A stretch of 64,000 nucleotides of DNA from Paragordius varius (Eukaryota > Animalia > Nematomorpha): positions 11,842,001 through 11,906,000 of the forward strand of contig OZ176054.1 of assembly GCA_964247055.1 (NCBI GenBank). The letters are read 5' to 3'. Positions 1 to 9,489 of this stretch are shown one piece after another. The position numbers and the translations under genes were made by a program. The notes below the pieces were generated by a model. The model worked only from the letters and a program-made list of their open reading frames with translations. It did no database searches and was not told the DNA's origin. Numbering within the stretch: the first letter of the stretch is position 1; each line of letters opens with the position of its first letter.

Positions 1-817
1 TTTCACACTTTTCAATGTTATATCATTCTATGTTTTAAGAATTCTTATTTATAGATATGATTAGTCTGCTTTAAAATTTGACGGATTTTACCAATTGTTT
101 GCCCATTTAGATCTTTGGCATATATTTGAATGATACCTATTTCCTTTCACTTTTTAACATTTTCAGATGACTTTTTTGTATGAGATGAATAGTATCATAA
201 AACTTATGTAAAAATCTTGTCGGCAAAACTAAGTTGTATTAACTATTTGAATAACCATGGTTTGATAATACTGCATTAACACCTTTTCAACCTTGATGTA
301 CCTTTTAAATTTATACTTGTTTTTCTTTAATTTCAAATCACTTTTATTTTCTATTTTCGGACCAAAAATAAGCAAACAAATATATAAAATACATATTTTT
401 TCGCAAATCGCTTCTCTATAATATAAATATATACTTGATATCGTATTTACCTGTAGAAAAAATATTTTTTATTTCAAATAAATTAAAGGTGTAAAAATAA
501 TTTTTTCAAACATAAACGTAAAAGTATACATAAATCAGTATTATCTACCTATTATTTATTTATTTACAAAAATTCGCATTAATACTATGAGCTTGGTTTA
601 CAAATACGGTGTACATGTTATTATCAATATTAATTTTGTGTAAAAAATTGGTTATCAATACAAATTCAATCCAAATAATATAAGAATATTTTATAGATAT
701 TCCTGGTCAATGAAATTATTATTTTTTAATACCAGCTAAATGTTACACAATTTGAGAAGTTATAAACACATTAATATATATTCCACAAATTCGCATTTAT
801 GATTTTAAAAATGAATA

Positions 818-3800
818 ATGCTGATTCCCTTTTCGTCTTTCGACAAAACATACAAATCTATAACTAAAATTGAAAATATAACAAAGTTTAAAAATAGCTT
901 TGAAATTGCCTTAACCAATGATAATAATCTATCAGATTTTCGGAGAAGAAAACTGTTGGATGTTCAAAAATTAACGGGAGTTGTTATCACTATGATATTA
1001 CTCTTAAGTATGCCTCTGAAATATGCCGAAACATTGGCATTGTATAGCAACGGTCTGTATGGAAAAATTTCAACAACTAATCCAGCCTCTTCCAAACCTT
1101 CTTCCGCACCAAAAACATTAATTAAACGGCCAAGTGGTAATGCTAAAACTGGGGACAATACCAACAAAAAAACCATGTTTGATGATTACTTTGGATTTTC
1201 AAATTCCATTTCAGATTCATATCCACAATCTAACGAAAGATATTCAATTCATGATTCCCAAACATCTAATCAACATTTAGACTCTTATAATCAACAAAAT
1301 CAACAACCACCTTCAAATACAAGAAATGAAGTCGCCGTTTTTGATAGAAATGTTGGAGGAGTGCGTATAAACAATGCACCTATCATTCCATTCGTGATTA
1401 AAGAAATGAGACCAAATTGCATTGAATTAGATATCAGAGCGTCTGGTTCTCCTACCCCAAGCGAACTATATCGAAAACAAAATATCTGGCCACCAATTCT
1501 AAAACAATTATTTGCCCTCTCAAACGATGAAGTGTTGAATAATCAAGGCCCGAATTTCGGTAATGAAATTATTAAATCTCCTACCTATAGCGTTGACATG
1601 ATGTATGATAAGCTAAAGAAAACGCAATTACCTGGCTTGATTTTTAACACAAATCAAAATATAATTTTTAAATACGATTATCATCGCTTCATGACAAAAG
1701 TAATAATTTATGTTATAAAAGTTTTCATATAATATGAATGACTTAAATTTTTGGATGGGAAGAAACCCAATTTCAAAGATTAATTAAAACAGTTGAGTAA
1801 CGCCTTTTTAGAATTAAAATTACTCTTTACTTTAAAGTAAACAGAATTTTTACTCCACAATACATAGCGCTTTTGTAAATTTTTATTAAAATTTGGTATA
1901 AATTTAAATTACGTGTATAAATTGAAAACATTTATACTTTTTTTGCCTTAATTTTAAAATATATATATTTATATTATATCTGCAAATATCCTTACAACAC
2001 CTAACATAGGTGTAAAATAGTTTACATGAAAGAAACTTAAACAGTTTAAATAGTATAAAATCTCGTAAAAAATTAAAATTTTATAGATGTAATGATGAAC
2101 GATGGAGTAGGTTATTGACATTAATTTAACATTTATTTCTCACATTTTTTATATATTACCTTTAAAAAAATTAAATTAATTTTCGCAATACAAAAGGGGT
2201 TTGAGATATAAATTACCCCTACTAAATTTAAATATCTCCATTGCATACTGTTTATTTGAGTTAAGGTATCAGGTATTACCATATATTTATTTTTAGTAAT
2301 AAAAAATGTTTTCATCTTTTATTGATAGATAATACTATGCGTTAAAGTTCAGAAAATACGGTAGCTTCACCTCTAATATTGTTAAATGTATAATATATTT
2401 CTTCTTTGCGGTTGCAAATGATTCATAATTAAAAATAAGGTAGCAAACCAATACATTACTTATTTTAGTTCCTAATATATGAACACCCGTAAACCAGGCG
2501 TATTCTTAAGTTTTTACAGGTTTTTCGGTAAAAAAACATGTAATATTGAAAGGAACTTAATTAGTTATTCAATTTAAAAATTGCGCACCGGCTCCTACAT
2601 ATTTCACCCATCTTTTAGGTAATATTGGAATGCCGTGCCACAAAGATTCAAGCCATTTTTCAACGTCTTCGAAATTATTGAAGTGCTGCTCAGCGATGGT
2701 GTGTCACATTGATGCAAAGTTGTATTAGTCAGACGGAGCCAGGTCTGGAGATTTAGGGGAGGCAAAAGAATTAAAGTTATTCAGGTTGGTTTGGCTGTGT
2801 GACACTGAGCATTGTCATGTATCAAACTACTTTACCTTGTCTTCGGTCGTTTTTCGGTTTATGCTTCAAATTGATCCTTTGTTGGGGATTCTTTGTGTAT
2901 AAAAGGCCTCACCAAGTGTTTAAAGAACACAAAATATCGCTCAGGTCTCACCAAACACAAAGCACGGTCTTCTTGCCGAGTTTGTGTCGGACCGGGTTGG
3001 CTAAAAAGACACGATTTTCTAGTTTGGATTTACAAAATAAAGCCATTTCTGATCACCCCTCCCAATCGGATGGAAAAATTTTTTGTGACGTTGAAATAGG
3101 ATTTCACAAGTTGTGATTCTCTATTTGACGTTTATTTAAATTATGTGGGCCCATTTAACGATTTTATTCGTCTTTTTCATTGCTCGCATATTGATTGTTT
3201 TTTTGTGATACATGCGGTGCTTTAGCCAATAACTGTTGTTAAGTGTGATTTAGATCATCATTCAATTACTCTTGCACTTAAGCGTCTCCGCAGTTGTGTG
3301 GTCTACCCGAGCGCCCACACTCTTTCACTAGAAATTACTACTTTTAAAATCAAACCAGGTTTCACATGTGCTAATCGATAAATATTTTTTACCTGCAAAC
3401 GAAAACTTTCATCAGCCTTTTACTTTTGATGGCAATGGGTGCCGTAAACGCTCTTTTTTCAGTCACAAAATTTGACCTGATTACCGAATGTTAAAATATG
3501 CTAGTTTTCGGTGAACTCAACTTGTGTGTGTTTGTCGTTCAGATGAATAAATTGAGTGTGTAATTATCGTCTGCGTACTTTTTGCTGATGTCTTCTTTTA
3601 GTTAGACCGGTAATAACTTATGAATACACCTGGTACAAGTGATAATCGCGGATTTTAATTTAGATGCATTTGCCAATAGCCTAATAATAGGTGGTGATTA
3701 CAAATTTTTATAACTTAACAAATTAAATTCATTTCAAAATTAAAATTTTTAAAGTGCTAAATTATAGGAGAATTTATAGTAGGAGAACACTTAAATGGTA

Positions 3801-5632
3801 ATGTTATCTCGTATACATCATTACATGTGGACGTCTCTCATCAATAGTAATCATTTACTAGTTTAATGAAAACTTAAGTTCTAATATAATCTGTTTTCTA
3901 AAAGAATGTGGACTTTATATATATTATACCACATTATTAACTCATGAATTCGACGCTTGATTTTACATTCTTCCCTGTTTCAAAATAGTTTTTATTTATA
4001 TTTAAAATTAATAAATGTCCATTCTAGCCCTATATAACCTAATTTTCTTATTAATTTAAAATATCCATGATTGACATATGTTTTTAACACTTTATTACCT
4101 TTTCATTTTCTTGTTCTAGTTTACCTTTTGGGGTATTTTATATCCCAAAGCTCAATTTTAATAAACTATGGTTTTAATTATATTAGTAAAATTTAATATC
4201 AAACATTGTTCTCATGTATTGGATAAAACAGCTTTTATTTATTATAGTTTTGTGACTTCTAGTGTTTAAAACTGAGACAACTACAAAACACGATTGAAAC
4301 GAACAGCTGATATTCAAATCATAATCTATCAGGTGGAAAATGTAGCGTGAAATCTCCTTAAAGTTCATTTTCTAACCATAATACATTTATTTGCCTGTTG
4401 CATTAGCGATAAAAAAAATATAGAAAAAAATGGCGGCAAAAAAGTTTGTGATGAGGATGTTTTACATACATTTTTTAAATTTTTTTGTACAATGCCCTTA
4501 AAAAGCTAAAGAAGGCCAATTTTTAAATTCGGCTTAATACCTTAAATAACATTTGTGTGTGTTGTTACAGTCGAGGTTGACTTTTTGAAATATAAATAAA
4601 ATTTTAAATAACTTTTAAGATATTTAAATTTCAAATAGCTCTGGTGTATATAAAACTAACCCCAAAGATAATGGAGTGTTAATTTTATTTTAAGTTATAA
4701 TAAAATTTTGTAACTCCATTTCTCCAAATCATAGTCAAAATGAAAAATCAGTTTTTGGTGGATTTTGTTTTTTGCAACTATTTCTCTCGTTTAACCTCCA
4801 ATTTTCAGATTTTAGAAGCTTATCATTCCTATTCTATCAAGATATCTATTGGTATTTTAAAATTTCCACTATATTAAATATGTTGTTTTAGAGCTGTTCA
4901 CAAAAACTTAATCAACTCTCCTTTATGATTGCTTTCGAATGGCCAGGATGCCAACTCAAAGTTTTAAGAGGTTTAATTGTGGATACATTGGACAAAAAAC
5001 CGAAAAACGATTTGCCTCCTAAAGATAGAAATACTTATATTAGAAACGGTTTGGATTTCAACAATCCCACCAGCAATCATGTTAAATTTGAATTACATAA
5101 AGTGAGTAGGGCTTTAGACATAACCCTTACTGCAAAGAATCCTTTAGACGATGATATCAATGGCAAACTTGGAGGCTTAGCAGCTTTAGCGGTGAAGGCG
5201 GGTTTCTCTTGGGTTCATTACCGTGATCGAAATTATATTCATGTTTCGGTTAGGGCAGGTTGGATAATTTAAAATATTTACAATTTTTTGACAATCTCTT
5301 AATAAATTTCTATATTTGGTAATGAAAAATTAAAATTTTACGGACAAAAAGTAAAAATTAGAAGACAAATGTGATTTTAAAAAGGGAGGCCTAATTTTTC
5401 AAACCTGAATTTTCCTACGTAAACTCTATAATTATAATTTATATAAATCGAATGCATTTCGAAAGACAAAACGATGAGTTATATTTTAAAAAAATCTAGA
5501 TTTAAACTATAAATTGTCTTTTTAAAACAATATTTCTCTTTTAATTTTTATGATTTTATGTATAGTTTCAATTGTATGACATTATAAATATTAGATTTGA
5601 CTGAAGATTCCAAACAATGGAATAGAATTTGA
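818..5632 (+). CDS. hh: Divergent hedgehog-family protein, Hedge (N-terminal signalling) domain only, about 428 aa; exons 818-1699, 4892-5258 and probable 5595-5632
   Basis: Exon 1 has PFVIKEMRPNCIELDIRASG (cf. SHH [20 protein letters not shown]) and LIFNTNQNIIFKYDYHRFMTK (cf. [25 protein letters not shown]). A GT at 1700 and AG at 4890-4891 join in phase 0 to SCSQKLNQLSFMIAFEWPGCQLKV (cf. [24 protein letters not shown]), followed by LHKVSRALDIT and LAALAVKAGFSWVHYRDRNYIHVSVRA. A phase-1 donor at 5259 can join AG 5593-5594 to give DLTEDSKQWNRI-stop, with AATAAA at 5901. Exon 3 is the least certain part. Confidence 0.9.
2460..3715 (+). mobile_element. Possible LINE APE-endonuclease relic split by the mariner insertion
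   Basis: Removing the mariner joins LVPNI*TPV (NIYAP-like) roughly in frame to QVIIADFNLDAFANSLIIGGDYK (IIGGDFN-like). Only short motifs support this. Confidence 0.3.
2494..3633 (-). mobile_element. Degenerate mariner (Mos1-like) transposon in hh intron 1
   Basis: About 30-bp imperfect TIRs (CCAGGCGTATTCTTAAGTTTTTACAGGT; ACCGGTAATAACTTATGAATACACCTGG followed by TA). The minus strand has decayed transposase motifs FHPIGRGDQKWLY, HDNAQCHTAK and KSPDLAPSD. Confidence 0.85.
4100..4543. repeat. Dispersed repeat family E (AAAATGGCGGC core, ends ...GGCTTA(A/G)TACCTTAA); related segments near 24900-25170, 43860-44030, 44290-44656, 48500-48760
   Basis: Visually matching blocks, e.g. gttttgtgacttctag and aaaatgtagc at 4250-4330 and 44420-44525, and a shared terminal GGCTTA.TACCTTAA. 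Confidence 0.6.
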
Positions 5633-5899
5633 ACTGCAACATTCCTAAATTTATCCAAATATTATTTATGTATTTTCTTGGGGAAATTAGTTAGTTATTA
5701 TTTTACAATTACCTATACAATTTAATAATTTACAATTATCCCGTCTAAAATTACGATAAAATAGTTATATTCATATAGAAGATCAATTCGAAATAAATCA
5801 AATCATATTTTATTTCCTAATAGGTAGGTATAAGCCCCTCGTGCACTACTGTGTATTAGTCGACGATTTCATTTTAGTGCATTTATAAATATTTTTCCC

Positions 5900-6830
5900 C
5901 AATAAAAGAAAAGGATGAATAATCCTACAAAAGTTGTTACCTTTAAGAGCTAATTTTATAGGTGAGTGCCCTACTTATAAAAATCACTACTTGACTTTAT
6001 TTGATTTAAATGTGAAATAACTATAATTACTATTGAAACTATATATATATATATATATATATATATGGTCTTATAAGTTTTTCCGAAAAAAAATTACACG
6101 CCACTTATTTTTTTTATATGGTGGCATATTTGACATTGGCTGTGATCCTGATTATAGTTTATAAGAATACGTTCAAATTTTTCCTTTTTCTTTACTTAAA
6201 ATCATTATTGATATTATATAATCTTATGCGAAATGATGCTTCGAGGCCACATTGTTTTTATATGGTGGCGCATTTTACAGATAGAGGAGTCCTACCTACG
6301 GGTTAATTTCAAAGGTACACTAAAACGAGGAATAGTTGGATCCATTATTAAGTTCGAAGGGTTTTCCGAAAAATTGCCTCAAACCCATATTACTTTATTA
6401 TGGTTGCATACAGTATGAGTGAGTATACATTGAAAAGTTATTAATTACTGCCAAATAGTAAATACAACAAAGAGCAGTATTATTGGCTTATAGTTTTTTT
6501 TTCACTTTTTCCTATTATTAGCCCATAATAATTCTCTTTGCTGCATGCATATGCTATTTGGCAATAATTATTAACTTTTTAGCAATATATACTTACTCAT
6601 ACTGTATTTTATAGAGGGCGGATAGTGCCCAGCGGCTCATCTAAAAAAACGCTCAACTAAAATTATTGCCTTTATGCGGAAAAAATAAACCATAATTTAA
6701 TCCATATAATTTCATAACTTGAGAGAAAACCAGCAAAGCGATTTTATTAAAAATGGTGACATATTTAACATATGGTGGATCCCTACCAAAAGTTAATAAA
6801 AAAAATCATTAACTTTCATTATAATGTGGT
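5900..6830. repeat. Degenerate repeat family F (ATGGTGGCG / TTGCCTTTAT motifs), related to the 45650-46750 tandem array
   Basis: Recurring tatggtggc at 6117, 6261 and about 6770, and attgcctttatg at 6665; the same motifs recur in 45650-46750. Confidence 0.45.
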
Positions 6831-6870
6831 AAAATCATGAAATCAATATGGTCAAAGTGTTGTTCATATA

Positions 6871-7181
6871 TGTACCATTTACTATTCAAATTTACCCTTT
6901 TACATTTCAAATTCACCCTTAAACAATTCAAATTCCCCCTCTAACAATTTAAATTTCCCTTCAAATAATTATATGTTTTTTAAAATTAAAATTTACCTAT
7001 ATTTATATATATTTTGGAAAAATAAAATTATGTTTTAAATTAAAATAATATTGAAAAATAATAAACTATGTAAAGATAATTTTACATTAATAATGAGTTA
7101 TATTATATGGTTCGAAAACACATAATTTATCTTAAGGGTAATTTGAATTGTTCAGGGTGAATTTGAACTGTAAAAGGTATA
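6871..7181. mobile_element. MITE family A copy (TACCATTTAC termini, subterminal AATTCAAATTCACCCTCGAAC repeats)
   Basis: Inverted termini TACCATTTAC...GTAAAAGGTAT, tandem 20-21 bp units at both ends and a shared AT-rich interior of about 180 bp. Confidence 0.85.
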
Positions 7182-7675
7182 TAAAATGGTGTATTTTGTA
7201 TGCCTAAATCTTTTGACACCCTGTAAAATTGTTGGCTATTAAATTTTTATAGTGTCTGGTTTGTATATCGGCTCTTTTTACAAAGGGTGTAACTCTACCC
7301 AGCAGCCAGTTTGAAAAAAGCGCTGGGCTAAAATTTTTAAAATTGGTTAGGTCTATAAAATTATATTTGGGGACTAAGTTTTTATTTTGCAGCTAAACAC
7401 AGGGGCTGATTTTAAAAAACCGACTATGTTCGGCTAAAACGAAAGAAATTATAAAAATTTTATTCTTAAATTTAAATGAGCCACCTATTTGAATATTTTG
7501 TCTGTAAGGGACTTCTCTTTTCTTAGAAACTCTTATTTCCGACGGGGTGGTGTATCGAGCCACAAAATATAAAGGTGGTCAAATATAGTCGGTACATTTA
7601 TAAATGGATTAATTATACTTTTAAACTTAAATGGGTCTACACATTTTTTAATGTCTTAAAGGCAGCATTTTACAT

Positions 7676-7713
<38 letters not shown>

Positions 7714-7978
7714 CTTTAATCCGGGATATTTACTAATTGATAAATAATTGCAATCGGACATTTTCACTTAAATTTTTTAGGAAATCGGTAGTTAGTAATT
7801 TATTCAAAAAGATTATAACTGTTAAAATATAGGTGCGAAAATCGACCTATTTTATACAGACTTTCAACAGTCGATATATTAACAAAAACCTAAAATACCA
7901 TTTTTCAGAAGTCATAGATCCGACTCTCCAGTTCAATATCTTCTGAGAATCTCCAATTCTAATATAGATATGCGTTTA

Positions 7979-9259
7979 TTAAACAGGTATCCAAATTTGC
8001 GGATAATGTAGCATATTCCAGTCCCTTACGATTTCAGGGTAAAATATAATTGGACCGTTATGGTCATTTGAATGGGATGATAGTCCATTTATGTAATTAT
8101 TTATATTACTTTCGTTTCGATTATCAAGGTAAGCCGACCACCATCCAAATGTCCCATGAGTTATGATACGTACATCTGTTTGAGATAAAATATTTAAATC
8201 TACAGCAGATGTTATATGCTCTTCTTTCACATTATCTTGCAATAATAATGGTTGTTTTTTGCGTTTTAGATTTCTAAGAGTTTGCCCGGAACAACCTATA
8301 ATTTCATACTTTTGGAATAGGTTATTATTATAAACTAACAATTTTTGCATCCAATAATTGACACTATCTCCACATATGAGGTAAATTGGTTTGAGATATG
8401 TATCATTATACTTTTTTAAACTTTCTTCGTTTTGTAAATATTTGTTGGCCCGATCAAAGGCGCGCATTAGAAAATTTATTACATTCAATTTTTTCGTCGA
8501 TTTATTGTGTTGTCGATTGACAACGGCCTGTACAATATTATCCCTTCCTCTAATATGTACGCCAATTAAAATAAATTTTTGATTCAGATGTGGTTTTGAT
8601 TCAGAAATCTCGGTATGTTTTAATTTATCGATTTTAAGCGAAAGATTTTTCATCCGTAGGTGTGTTAAATGCTTGACATAAGGTGTAAATGTGAAACTTT
8701 TCTTGATTAATTTGTCCAATATGGTATCATGCGAAAAATATAGGTAAGAATTTGGATAACCAAAAAATAAGCGTACATTTTGAAACAAAACTCTATCCAG
8801 AAGACTTGGCTCATACGGTTGATGTAATTCGTATGAAACGATACTTAAAATAGTTTGATTCTTTTTATTTTTTGAGTTTTTAACGATCCAAAGATCTGTT
8901 AGAGCATTTGTTTGTTTTACTTTTGTGTCGAAAAAAAAATGTGACAAGTTAATATGCTTTCCAGTATTTCCTCTTTCCGTTAAAAGTTGTGGCTTAAACA
9001 CCGCTAAATTTGAGTTAGCATATGACTCCAGCGCAAGTTTATAAGTTAAACTTTTTAAGGCAGCTATTTGAAACATTAGATTACCAAGCCTTCCACTAGC
9101 TTGCCAGGCTATATATTGAGGTTGCTCCTTAATAATACTATGGTGTAACCGGAATTTCAGAGTACAAAGAGTTAGTAGCATCAGTATTAATATAATAAAA
9201 GATTTGATATGGGAAGAGAATATTTTGCGTTTTATAGTTCTTAATAATTTTAACCACAT
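7979..9259 (-). CDS. Alpha-1,2-fucosyltransferase (glycosyltransferase family 11), intronless type II membrane protein, 426 aa
   Basis: Basic cytosolic tail, TM segment IILILMLLTLCTL, and GT11 motifs GRLGNLMFQIAAL, IGVHIRGRD and DLNILSQTD...GTFGWWSAYL. Confidence 0.9.
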   Translation of the reverse strand: MWLKLLRTIKRKIFSSHIKSFIILILMLLTLCTLKFRLHHSIIKEQPQYIAWQASGRLGNLMFQIAALKSLTYKLALESYANSNLAVFKPQLLTERGNTGKHINLSHFFFDTKVKQTNALTDLWIVKNSKNKKNQTILSIVSYELHQPYEPSLLDRVLFQNVRLFFGYPNSYLYFSHDTILDKLIKKSFTFTPYVKHLTHLRMKNLSLKIDKLKHTEISESKPHLNQKFILIGVHIRGRDNIVQAVVNRQHNKSTKKLNVINFLMRAFDRANKYLQNEESLKKYNDTYLKPIYLICGDSVNYWMQKLLVYNNNLFQKYEIIGCSGQTLRNLKRKKQPLLLQDNVKEEHITSAVDLNILSQTDVRIITHGTFGWWSAYLDNRNESNINNYINGLSSHSNDHNGPIIFYPEIVRDWNMLHYPQIWIPV

Positions 9260-9489
9260 AAATATTGATGGACGCTTTTATGGTAAATTATAAAATAATA
9301 ATGAACATAAAGTATATAATAAAAGACAAAAAATAATTTAAAAGTCTGATTTAACAAAGATTGTTCATTATTGTTTTCCAGTGTCACATAGAAAATAAAG
9401 TTAATGAATGAAATTTATTTTTGTCCTGTTTATTATTCTATTAGATAAAAAAATGCATATATTAATAGAAATTAAAAAAATATTAATTA

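Noticed and set aside
964-1176. Antisense ORFs over real genes (also 8391-8582, 31327-31518, 34892-35113, 53998-54225) and other short AT-rich ORFs
   Set aside because: They are shadow frames or chance ORFs in introns and repeats, with no recognisable motifs.
5601-5630. CTGAAGA followed by a TTCCA/TGGAA stem resembling a hammerhead
   Set aside because: No GAAA follows stem II, and the segment is better explained as hh exon 3.
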